A stretch of DNA of 64,000 nt, from the NCBI GenBank assembly GCA_964016885.1, contig CAXHJY010000281.1, positions 1 through 64,000 of the forward strand. The letters run 5' to 3'. The notes beneath the pieces were generated by a model that saw only the letters and a program-made list of their open reading frames with translations, was not told the DNA's origin and made no database searches. The translations under genes and the position numbers were made by a program. This document shows positions 14,701 through 27,900 of the stretch, piece after piece. The stretch is from Eledone cirrhosa (taxonomy: Eukaryota). Numbering within the stretch: the first letter of the stretch is position 1; each line of letters begins with the position of its first letter.

Positions 14701-17700
14701 GACACTTACTCTATTACATGGGTGAGGCACTTACTCTATTACATGTGTGAGACACGTACTCTATTACATGTGTGAGACACTTACTCTATTACATGTGTGA
14801 GGCACTTACTCTATTACATGTGTGAGGCACTTACTCTATTACATGTGTGAGGCACTGACCCTATTACATGTGTGAAACACTTACTCTATTACATGTGTGA
14901 CACTCACTCTATTACATGTGTGACACTCACCCTATTACATGTGTGACACTCACCCTATTACATGTGTGACACTCACTCTATTACATGTGTGACACTCACT
15001 CTATTACATGAGACACTCTATTACATGTGTGAGACACTGACTCTATTACATATGTGAGACACTGAATCTATTACATGTGGGACACTGACTCTATTACATG
15101 TGTGAGACACTGACTCTATTACATGTGTGAGACACTGACTCTATTACATGTGTGAGACACTGACTCTATTACATGTGTGAGACACTGACTCTATTACATG
15201 TGTGGGACACTGACTCTATTACATGCATGGGACACTGACTCTATTACATGTGTGAAACACTGACTCTATTACATGTGGGACAATGACTGTATTACATGTG
15301 TGAGACACTCACTGTATTACATGTGAGACAATGACTGTATTACATGTTTGAGACACTCACTGTATTACATGCGTGAGACACTGACTCTATTACATGTGTG
15401 AGACATTGACTCTATTACATGTGTGAGACACTGACTCTATTACATGTGTGAGACACTGACTCTATTACATGTGAGACACTTACACTGTTACATGTGGGTG
15501 ACACTGACTATTATGTGCGAGACACTCACTGTATTACATGTGAGACACTCATTGTATTACATGTGTAAGACACTTACTTTATTACATGTGTGAGACACGT
15601 ACTCTATTACATGTGTGAGACACGTACTCTATTACATGTGTGAGACACGTACTCTATTACATGTGTGAGACACTCACTCTATTATATGTGAGACACTCAC
15701 TCTATTACATGTGAGACACTCACTGTATTACATGTGTGGGACACTGACTCTATTACATGTGTGGGACACTGACTCTATTACATGTGTGGGACACTGACTC
15801 TATTACATATGTGAGACACTGATTCTATTACATGTGTGAGACACTGACTCTATTACATGTGTGAGACACTGACTCTATTACATGTGTGAGACACTGACTC
15901 TATTACATGTGTGAGACACTGACTCTATTACATGTGTGAGACACTGACTCTATTACATGTGTGAGACAGACTCTATTACATGTGTGAGACACTGTCTATT
16001 ACATGAGAGACACTGACACTATTACATGTGAGACACTTATTCCATTACATGTGTGAGACACTGACTCTATTACATGTGTGAGATACTCAGTCTATTACAT
16101 GTGAGAGATACTGACTCTATTACATGTGAGACACTCACTGTATTATGTGTGACGCACTCACTCTATTACATGTGTGAGACACTCATTTTATTACATGTGA
16201 GACACTCACTGTATTACATGTGTGAGACACTCACTGTATTACATGTGTGAGACACTCACTGTATTACGTGTGAGACACTCACTGTATTAGATGTGAGACA
16301 CTGACTCTATTACATGTGAGACACTGACTCTATTACATGTGTGAGACACTCACTCTATTATATGTGTGAGACACTCACTCTATTATATGTGTGAGACACT
16401 CACTCTATTATATGTGTGAGACACTCACTCTATTATATATGTGAGACACTCACTCAATTACATGTGAGAGACACTCTATTACATGAGACACTCACTCTAT
16501 TACATCTGTGACACTCTCACTGTATTACATGAGACATTCACTGTATTACATGTGAGACATTCACTCTATTACGTGTGAGACACTCACTCTATTACGTGTG
16601 TGAGACACTTTTATTACATGTGTGAGAGACTTATTGTATTACATGTGTGAGTCACTCACTGAATTACATGTGAGACACTGACTGTATTACATGTCTGAGA
16701 CACTGACTGTATTACATGTCTGAGACACTCTATTATATGTGTAAAACACTATTAAATGTGTGAGATACTGTATTACCTGTGTGTGACACTCACTGTATTA
16801 CCTGTGTGTGACACTCACTGTATTACCTGTGTGAGACACTCACTGTATTACATGTGTGAGACACATTCTATTACATGTGTGAGACACTGGCTCTATTACA
16901 TGTGAGACACTCACTGTATTACATGTGTGAGACACTCACTGTATTACATGTGTGAGACACTATTACATGTGTGAGGCATCACTTTATTACATGTGTGAGA
17001 CACTTACTCTATTACATGTGAGACACTCTATTACATGTGAGACACTTACTCTATTACATGTGTGAGGCACTTAGTCTATTACATGTGTGAGGCACTTACT
17101 CTATTACATGTGTGAGACACTTACTCTATTACATGTGTGAGGCACTTACTCTATTACATGTGTGAAACACTTTATTACACGTGTGACACTCACTCTATTA
17201 CATGTGTGAGACACTCTATTACATGTGTGAGACACTGACTCTATTACATGTGTGAGACACTGACTCTATTACATGTGTGAGACACTGACTCTATTACATG
17301 TGGGACACTGACTCTATTACATGTGTGAGACAATGACTGTATTACATGTGTGAGACAATGACTGTATTACATGTGTGAGACACTCACTGTATTACATGTG
17401 AGACAATGACTGTATTACATGTGTGAGACACTCACTGTATTACATGTGTGAGACACTGACTCTATTACATGTGTGAGACACTGACTCTATTACATGTGTG
17501 AGACACTGACTCTATTACATGTGTGAGACATTGACTCTATTACATGTGTGAGACATTGACTCTATTACATGTGTGAGACATTGACTCTATTACATGTGTG
17601 AGACACTGACTCTATTACATGTGAGACACTGACTCTATTACATGTGTGAGACACTGACTCTATTACATGTGTGAGACACTGACTCTATTACATGTGTGAG

Positions 17701-20700
17701 ACACTGACTCTATTACATGTGTGAGACACTGACTCTATTACATGTGAGACACTGACTCTATTACATGTGTGAGACACTGACTCTATTACATGTGTGAGAC
17801 ACTGACTCTATTACATGTGAGACACTCATTCTATTACATGTGAGACACTTTTATTACATGTGTGAGAGACTTATTCTACTACATGTGTGAGACACTCACT
17901 GTATTACATGTGTGAGACACTCACTGTATTACATGTGTGAGACACTCACTGTATTACATGTGAGACACTGACTGTATTACATGTCTGAGACACTGACTGT
18001 ATTACATGTCTGAGACACTCTATTATATGTGTAAAACACTATTAAATGTGTGAGATACTGTATTACCTGTGTGTGACACTCACTGTATTACATGTGTGAG
18101 ACACATTCTATTACATGTGTGAGACACTGGCTCTATTACATGTGAGACACTCACTGTATTACATGTGTGACACACTCACTGTATTACATGTGTGAGACAC
18201 TCTATTACATGTGTGAGGCATCACTTTATTACATGTGTGAGACACTTACTCCTATTACATGTGTGAGACACTTACTCTATTACATGTGAGACACTTACTC
18301 TATTACATGTGTGACGCACTTACTCTATTACATGTGTGAGGCACTTACTCTATTACATGTGAGACACTTACTCTATTACATGTGAGACACTTACTCTATT
18401 ACATGTGTGAGGCACTTACTCTATTACATGTGTGAGGCACTTACTCTATTACATGTGTGAGGCACTTACTCTATTACATATGTGAGACACTTACTCTATT
18501 ACATGTGTGAGGCACTTACTCTATTACATGTGTGAGGCACTTACTCTATTACATGTGTGAGGCACTGACTCTATTACATGTGAGACACTCATTCTATTAC
18601 ATGTGTGAGAGACTTATTCTATTACATGTGTGAGACACTGACTGTATTACATGAGACACTCACTGTATTACATGTCTGAGACACTGACTCTATTACATGT
18701 GTGAGACACTGACTCTATTAAATGTGTGAGATACTCACTGTATTACATGTGAGACACTCACTGTATTACATGTGTGAGACACTCACTGTATTACATGTGT
18801 GAGACACTCACTGTATTACATGTGTGAGACACTCACTGTATGACATGTGAGACACTGACTATTACATGTCTGAGACACTCTATTATATGTGTAAAACACT
18901 ATTAAATGTGTGAGATACTGTATTACCTGTGTGCGACGCTCACTGTATTACCTGTGTGAGACACTCGCTGTATTACATGTGAGACACATTCTATTACATG
19001 TGTGAGACACATTCTATTACATGTGTGAGACACATTCTATTACATGTGTGAGACACATTCTATTACATGTGTGAGACACTGGCTCTATTACATGTGTGAG
19101 ACACTCACTGTATTACATGTGTGAGACACTCACTGTATTACATGTGTGAGACACTCTATTACATGTGTGAGGCATCACTTTATTACATGTGTGAGACACT
19201 TACTCTATTACATGTGTGAGACACTACTCTATTACATGTGTGAGGCACTTACTCTATTACATGTGTGAGGCACTGACCCTATTACATGTGTGAAACACTT
19301 ACTCTATTACATGTGTGACACTCACTCTATTACATGTGTGACACTCACCCTATTACATGTGTGACACTCACCCTATTACATGTGTGACACTCACTCTATT
19401 ACATGTGTGACACTCACTCTATTACATGTGAGACACTCTATTACATGTGTGAGACACTGACTCTATTACATATGTGAGACACTGAATCTATTACATGTGG
19501 GACACTGACTCTATTACATGTGTGAAACACTGACTCTATTACATGTGTGAAACACTGACTCTATTACATGTGTGAGACACTGACTCTATTACATGTGTGA
19601 GACACTGACTCTATTACATGTGTGAGACACTGACTCTATTACATGTGTGAGACACTGACTCTATTACATGTGTGGGACACTGACTCTATTACATGTATGG
19701 GACACTGACTCTATTACATGTGTGAAACACTGACTCTATTACATGTGGGACAATGACTGTATTACATGTGTGAGACACTCACTGTATTACATGTGAGACA
19801 ATGACTGTATTACATGTTTGAGACACTCACTGTATTACATGCGTGAGACACTGACTCTATTACATGTGTGAGACATTGACTCTATTACATGTGTGAGACA
19901 CTGACTCTATTACATGTGTGAGACACTGACTCTATTACATGTGTGAGACACTGACTCTATTACATGTGTGAGACACTGACTCTATTACATGTGTGAGACA
20001 CTGACACTATAACATGTGTGAGACACTGACTCTATTACATGTGTGAGACACTGACTCTATTACATGTGTGACACTGACTCTATTACATGTGTGACACTGA
20101 CTCTATTACATGTGTGAGACACTGACTCTATTACATGTGTGAGACACTGACTCTATTACATGTGTGAGACACTGACTCTATTACATGTGTGAGACACTGA
20201 CTCTATTACATGTGTGAGACACTGACTCTATTACATGTGTGAAACACTGACTCTATTACACGTGAGACACTCATTCTATTACATGTGAGACACTTTTATT
20301 ACATGTGTGAGAGACTTATTCTATTACATTTGAAACACTCACTGTGTTACATGTGTGAGACACTGACTGTATTACATGAGGCACTCACTGTATTACATGT
20401 CTGAGACACTGACTCTATTACATGTGTGAGACACTGACTCTATTAAATGTGTGAGATACTCACTGTATTACATGTGTGAGATACTCACTGTATTACATGT
20501 GTGAGACACTCACTGTATTACATGTGTGAGATACTCACTGTATTACATGTGTGAGACACTATTACATGTGTGAGGCAATCACTTTATTACATGTGTGAGG
20601 CACTCACTTTATTACATGTTTGAGACACTTACTCTATTACATGTGTGAGGCACTCACTCTATTACATGTGTGAGGCACTCTCTTTATTACATGTGTGAGA

Positions 20701-21041
20701 CACTTACTTTATTACATGTGTAAGGCACTCACTTTATTACATGTGTGAGGCACTCACTTTATTACATGTGTGAGGCACTCACTTTATTACATGTGTGAGG
20801 CATTCACTTTATTACATGTGTGAGGCATTCACTTTATTACATGTGTGAGGCACTCACTCTATTACATGTGTGAGGCACTTACTCTATTACATGTGTGAGG
20901 CACTCACTCTATTACATGTAAGGCACTCTCTATTACACGTGTGAGACACTCACTCTATTACGTGTGAGACACTCACTCTATTATGTGTGAGACACTCACT
21001 GTTAGATGTGACACTGACTTTATTTACCTGTGTGAGACACT
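2701..21041. repeat. Satellite array ~18.3 kb, 23-25 bp unit, consensus TATTACATGTGTGAGACAC+(TGACTC/TCACTG/TTACTC/TCACTC), roughly 750 units
   Basis: Uninterrupted head-to-tail units over the whole interval. Unit count estimated as length/24. Confidence 0.99.
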
Positions 21042-21525
21042 TGTCTTTTGAAAATTAAAATTGAAAAAAAAACACCTCTTTTTCTCTTGATTGCAAGAAT
21101 TATCTTAGATGATCGTGGTTCTTCTCCTCACTTATATTATATATGTGAAACCTTTATGTATTTCAATTTTCATGAAATGTCTCCTATACCTGCTACTTTT
21201 AAGATTTTAGAGTTTAAACATCCTTTGGAGGGAGTTAATGTCTATTAATTGCAAGGATAAATTCAGTTGATCTCATATATTTTTTAATCTCAGTATATTA
21301 CATTTTTGTTGTTGCTGTTACAACTTTAACCTACGTTTAGCTGCCTTTCTATAAGGTTGCATCTCATAGATTTCTTGTGTTTTAATAAGTGCCCCAGTCC
21401 TATCAGGAAAAGGCTCTCCACTTGACTGGACACCAACCCGTTTGTGTTTAACTTCCAGTTACTGTGACTGGTACCCATAACTTTCAATTGAGTGGACAGG
21501 AGCAACATGAAATGAAGTGTCTTGC

Positions 21526-21696
21526 TTAACCTGTTGATTGCCTGTTTATTTTACACAGCTGCAGTTGCTGTGCTGGGAACTTTTTTTTTCCATAAAATGA
21601 AGTTATGAACTGTTGGAAATTAGTTATCTCGTTTGTGGCACTGAAATGTATACATGTTGGGACGAGTTATCTCGTCTATGGCACTGAAGAGGTTAA
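21526..21696. mobile_element. piggyBac-like MITE (family B) with TTAA target duplication
   Basis: TTAA-CCTGTTGATTGCC...GGCACTGAAGAGG-TTAA (10/13 inverted match). The host SINE sequence resumes after the second TTAA. Confidence 0.65.
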
Positions 21697-21738
21697 GGAA
21701 ACAACATGCTACCTGGTCTATGTATCAAATTCACAACC

Positions 21739-21952
21739 ATAACCTTTTAGCATTTACATTACTCTATATTTACTATTGTATTTTCACAATAAAGGCTTTA
21801 CCTCACATAATATCGAATCTATGGGATTTTGATATTTATTTTGAGAAAAAATACCTTAACATCAGTATGAGTGGCCAGTTACAGCCAGGTTGAACAGAAA
21901 GTGGTGAGAAAATTTTTGCCCAAAACAGCTGGTTTAAATGCTAAAGGGTTAA
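21739..21952. mobile_element. piggyBac-like MITE (family A)
   Basis: aTAA-CCTTTTAGCATTTA...TAAATGCTAAAGGG-TTAA. Homologous copies at 34850-35130, ~40145-40312 and ~44360-44575. Confidence 0.8.
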
Positions 21953-22216
21953 GATTCTGTTCAGACACATGACACTATTGTATTTCATAGTGTAGGGGTT
22001 GTTTCTCTTGCATGTTGGTTTTAAGTTTTAATTATAAATAACACCCTTAGATGGAGTTTTTGTTTTATCGAAAATTTTGTTAAAACTCCCTATATTATAT
22101 ACTCTGTATTGTATATCATGTTATGAAAATTGTTTCTATTGTCTGTTGTTTTTTCTTCTAATTATAATGACACCATACTGAATTGTTTTTACTACAATGT
22201 TTTGTTTGATTTCCAG

Positions 22217-22342
22217 CGTTGATATTTGTCTACGATTTCCACCCCGTTGCTGAGACGTTGATGATACGACACTTTACTGTGCCGTCTACGCTAAATGGTT
22301 ACACAGCAGAAACATCACGGAGCTTTACTGGCAGTAAAGCTG
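22217..22342 (+). CDS. PAN3: PAN3 coding exon (first visible in window)
   Basis: ttccag|CG TTG ATA TTT GTC TAC GAT...AAA GCT G|gtaagt; 126 nt; [41 protein letters not shown]. Confidence 0.93.
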
Positions 22343-24863
22343 GTAAGTTTGCTTTTTGATAAGTTTTTTTTCTTGCTTTCCGAATCTCTTATTGTATGTG
22401 TCATAATTACATCATTATTATCATTAATAAATGTATCTAGTACTCTCTGTCTAAACGGTCAAGAGAACTCTTTAGCTGTGTCAAGCATATAACGTTTCTA
22501 GTGCAAGTGTCACAATAAAATACACCAACACTGGAGAGCTTGTTGGTCCTTGTTGCAACGAAAGAGCCCTCTCTGCTTTGTAGGGGATGGGGTGCGATAG
22601 GAAGGAGATAAGTATGAAGTTATGGCAAGTGTTGTGTGATGAGTGAGGAAGGAGATGCAGTGGTGATAACACTGAAGTGGTGATGGTGGAGACATAGCTG
22701 GCTTGGGCATTAACACTAGAGTGGGGATGGCACTCACCAGTGCTGGCAAGGGGAGATGTAGTGATGGAGAGAATAGCAAAGGAGTGAGTAGAGGGGGGGG
22801 GGGTGAAGAGAGTAGCTACTAAGGTGTGATAATGAGGGTATCTAAAGGTTTAGAGGGGGCAGAAGCTAAGGCATGAATACAGGAGGAAGCATGAATGGAG
22901 TGAGGGTGTATAGTGATGGTGAGGATAGCTACTAGTGGAGGGGGCATGAGTGGGGCGCATACGGATGAAGAGAGTAGCTACTAGGGTGCAATAGTGAGGA
23001 TATCTAGGGGATTTTGAGAGGGCAGCAGCTAAAGAGTGAATACTGTAGGGAGCATGGATGGAGTGAGGGTGTATAGTGGTGGTGAGGATAGCTGCTAGGG
23101 AGTGCTATTGGAGGGAGGTAGACATGTGGATAAGTTGGGCTATATTGTATGCTGTAGGCTGGGTCTTCACCATCACAACATTGTGTCAGCCCTTGGAGCC
23201 CTTTGTCATTTCTGTTGTGAGGTTTAGTTTTTTAATGTCAGTCTTCACATCATCATCTCATGTAAACCTCTTCCATGAGTCCCAGCCACTGGAGTTTCTT
23301 TACATTTTTTTATACAGCTGCTATCTTCCACACACTCATCTCTCTTGCACACTACATTCAATTCTTCTTATGGTAAATTTTCCCCTCAATTTGTTTATGT
23401 TATGCACACTAATAGTACACATCCATCAGATCATACTCAATTTATTTATTTCTATCCTCTGCAAGTCTTCTGCAGCCAAGGTACATGTTTCGCTGCCATG
23501 TGGCATTGCAATTCACACATAGGCATCATACAGTCTAGCCTACACTCTTAGAGAAAAGCACTTCTTAACAACTCTCTAAACTTCTTCCAGCTTGTTATTA
23601 TCCTAGCTGTCACACTTTTAGAGCATCCTCCCCACACAGCTAATTTTGCTAGATAACTAAAGCTGGCAACTGGAGAAATCTATTTCACATGTACTCTTAG
23701 TGGTAATTCCTCCTGTGCATCTACTGCATACAAGATTTATCTTTTCCGATAGCCTGCCTCTAATCCCACTACATCTCTTGTGTGTTCATAAATTACATTG
23801 TGTACACCTTATTGAATTCCTGCCTATACCTTTCTGACATATCGAACAAGGCCACTTCCCTGATGGTATCACCCTCCTATCTTATTTCTTCTTTGTTAAG
23901 TTTACTTGTAGGCTTTTCAACACTAGGTTCTTCCATGGTTGAAATTTTGCCTCTACCTCTCCTACAACTTCAGCTATTAGGACTAGGTCATCAGCATAAT
24001 CAGAAATGATGTGCCACTATGCAAAATTTCAGCACCCTTGGTGCAAAACTGGCTTACAACTTGGAATGCATATACATATGTACATACACTCACTTTTAAT
24101 TATTAAGATAATATCAAATGTCCTTTTTACTTGCCAGCTGGTGTTTCTAATGGGCCTCGACAACATGCTGGGTTACTTCCAGAGAGTCTCATATGGGCTT
24201 ATGTTGTTCAACTAAGTTCGGCACTGAGAGCAATACATACAGCAGGGTTGGCTTGTGGAGTTATGGACCCTACAAAAATTTTGATATCAAGTAAATCAAG
24301 GTAAGTTCTTATGACTATGGAAAATAGTCTATAATGTTGTTCTGCTATGTCCTACCATATATAACTCTTAACTATGGAAAGAAATCAAAAATGTAATTTT
24401 TGAAATAAAAAAAAATTGTAATGTGTACTCATATATATATATATATTAATACCAGAACATCACCCTCTGTGTTCTGTTAATTTTTATAAGAAAATATATA
24501 CATCATCATTGCCATTTAACATCTATTTTCCATGTTTGCAAGAGTTAGACAGGTTGTCATTTAATGATGCTAGACAGGTCAGGAGACCAGGTGTTGTTCA
24601 CATTAGTTTTTAGGCTTCGTTTTCTATGGATGTCCTTTATCATACCAACCACAAATCAGTGAGCACTGGGGACTTTTTTCATGACACCAGCATGACCACC
24701 TTACAGGGAGGACTGTGGAAAATTTTGTCATGGATCCAGCATGACCACTTTACAGGGTAGACTGTTGTGGCACCAGCACAACCAGTTCACAGGGTGAACT
24801 GGGTATTTTTTGTCATGATACCAGCACTGGGAGAGAGCAAGCAATGTGTCATGGATGTGAGTG

Positions 24864-24905
<42 letters not shown>

Positions 24906-27900
24906 GTGGTTGGTGTTAGGAAGGGCATCCAGCTGTAAAAACCCTGGCCGTATTTGCAGCCATGTCAGAGCAAGGTACAGCATGACCAATCCTGGCCAGA
25001 CTTGTTTCTCGCAAGGACGACCCATCTAGCCCATGCAAGCAAGGAAAAATGGACGTTAAACAGTGATGATGATATATATATATATCATCATCATCACCTT
25101 TTACGTCCGTTCTTCCACACTAGCATGGGTTAGACGGATTGTCCTGTTGTGGGCAGTATCTGGTCGGCTGACCTTGTCTTGCTCATACAGGAACTGATTT
25201 GGGCTTGATTTCTACAGCTAGATGCCCTTCCTAACACCAACCTCATTTACAGTGAGTGCTGGGTGCCTACACGACCACTTTGCAGTGGGATGGTGTGGGG
25301 GCATATTGTCTATATACTTCAGCTTCAGCTTGTACCCATGGGAGGTCGGGTACTCTGTATTTCTGCGTGACGCCAGAGGTCACGGTATATATATATGTAT
25401 TATTGTCATATATAATCACTATCATTTTTCCATGCCACCTTTGATTGGATGAGACATTTTAGGCAGAAGTTTACAACTCTTCATGAACCTCACTCCATTT
25501 TTTTTTTAAAGTAACATACAAAGCTTCAAATGTTTAACTAATAAGTAGCAGGGTAGAAACAAACAACATTGCAAGCTATGTCATTATGGGTGAAATTGTG
25601 CTCGTCCTATGTAAAATATGTCTGTATGTGTGCATGTCACTCACCTGAAAATTTCTTATTGGCTCCTGTTTACAAAGCAAGTGGTTACATTTGTTTATGA
25701 ACCCATAAACATGTCTTTTAGTGTAGCTGGTTGACAATTGTTAGTAGCATTTAACATAACTTGGATCAGGAAGGGCATCTAGCTGTAGATAAAATGTTTC
25801 ATAAATTCTCATCTAACCCACGTAAGCATGGAAAAGGTGAATGTGAAAACATTAATGATGTCGATCATCATACGTATATGTGTGTGTGTATGTTTATGTA
25901 CATACGTATATATATATATATTCATGCAGTGTACAACACCCCCACCCCTCGGCATTTGTGGTCCTGGTTATTTGCGGAATTTTCCTTAGAACCTAATTAA
26001 TAATTTTCATGGAAACTACCGCATATTTGCTGAATCGTAAATATCCCACGCGATTTTTTAATGCCTTTTTTTTTTTTTTTTTTGTAGCAATATATATTTT
26101 TTTAATGCTAAATGATTAATAATATACCATATTTGCCTGCCTATTGGACACCCCTTCACATAAAATGTTCCCTCTTTTTTTATATTTTACGTTATATTTT
26201 GACATTTATAGGCATTTTTATGGACCGCGTCCAATATTTGCAGTTTTTCACTCTTCGCAGTGCTCTAGGAACATTACCTCCGCTAAAACTGGGGATCAAC
26301 TGTGTGTGCGTGTATATATATTGTTGATGACGCTCTGTCATTTACAACAAGTTCTTCAGTTGACTCAATCAAGAAGTTAAGCATTCCATAGACATTACAC
26401 TTAACATATTTCTCAGGGAGATTCAGTTTGACACAGTGTGTGACAAGGCTGGCCCCTTGAATTGCAGGTACAATTCAGCTGAGTGATCTGAATTCGCATG
26501 AAATGAAACCTCTTGCTCAAGGACACAGTGCACTGCCTTGTCAGGGAATCAAACTCACAACCTTACAATTGTGAACTGAACACCCTAACTACTAACCTAT
26601 GTGCCTTCCAATATCTATATATATTGCCCAGAATGAAAGAAATTTGATATAGGTTGATAGATGGAGAGGAACATGTGTCAACTCTTTGTCAGCGAAAAAC
26701 AATGCGTGGAGTAGGTATTATGTTAGCAGAAAAATAGGTAGATATGGTAATTGCTGTAAATAGAGTGAATGACAGAATAATTAAACTTAGACTAGTTCTA
26801 AATAGAATAATTGTTATATCTGCTTGTGCACCTCAATTTGGACTCAGATGAACTAAAAGACAGGTTTTATGAATGTCTAATGCACACCACTTCTCTAGCG
26901 AATGACAGTGGCTACATAATCATTGCAGGTGACTTTAATTGGCATGTTGGGCAACACTATGATGGCTTCTATAAGGTTCATGGAGGTTACAGGTTTAGTG
27001 TGAGAAATGGTTTCATGCTGGAATTCTGCAACGCCAATGATCTATCTGTAATACAAACTAAAAAAAACTCAACAACCACTTGATCACCTACAGAGCCGGT
27101 GAGCATGCCAGTCAGATAGGTTTTATCCTCATCAGAAGACAAGATAGTGATGGTTGTAAACAGAAAATCCCTCCCTGATGAAGAATGTACTTCCCAACAT
27201 AACCTAGTAGTTAGCGAGTTCATAGTTAGAGCTTGAAATGAACTGAGATAGAAGGCAACATGGAGGAGAACGATATGGAAGCTGTAGGAGCCCTTAGCCA
27301 GTAACAAATTCAGAGGTATTTTGCTTGAAGCTTACAACAGTATGAAAGGACAAAACAATATAAAGGAGCAGTGGGAATTTCTGAAAGATAATTTGTTAAA
27401 GGTGACAAACGAGATCTGTGGCTGAGGAGGAGAGTGACTTAGTGGTGGAACAGTAGGGTGGATGAGACAATTAATACCAAGAGACAGGCTTGGAAAGAAT
27501 GGTAGAATGGGGGAAGCAGATTACACTACCAGGAAGCTAGGTGACAAGGAGAAAATGTTTTGCCATATGAGGACGAAAGATGTGAGGTCTTTCAGGATTG
27601 CAAGGCAGTGTGTCATGGAAAACTGAGATATGAAATGGATGGTGGGTCACAGATTAACCAGCCGTATTGTAAACCTAAAAATACAATATGGTGTTGTACC
27701 CAATGACTGGTGTAACAGCATCATTGTCAACTGCTGCAAGAGCAAAAGAGATGCACTTGATAGAGGAAACTATAGAGGCATTAAGTTGGTGGACCAAGTC
27801 ATGAAGGTTGCAGAGCACAGCTGATTAGGGATGGAGTTAACCTAGACCAGATGCAGTTCAGATTTATGCCAGGTAAAAGTACCACTGATGTCCTCTTATT

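Larger units (their letters stand above)
21330..21980 (-). mobile_element. Old tRNA-derived (CORE-like) SINE interrupted by two DNA-transposon MITEs
   Basis: GGAGCAACATGAAATGAAGTGTCTTGCTTAA//GGAAACAACATGC...ATCAAATTCACAACC matches the uninterrupted minus copy at 26495-26600 and the plus copy at 59212-59480. Confidence 0.6.

Noticed and set aside
2701-21041. CRISPR-like constant-plus-variable periodicity
   Set aside because: The variable parts are only 0-6 nt and reused from a small set; there are no unique spacers or cas genes, and the context is a eukaryotic spliced gene.
2701-21041. Telomeric or telomerase-derived array
   Set aside because: No TTAGGG-like unit, no strong G-strand bias, and unique or TE sequence lies on both sides.
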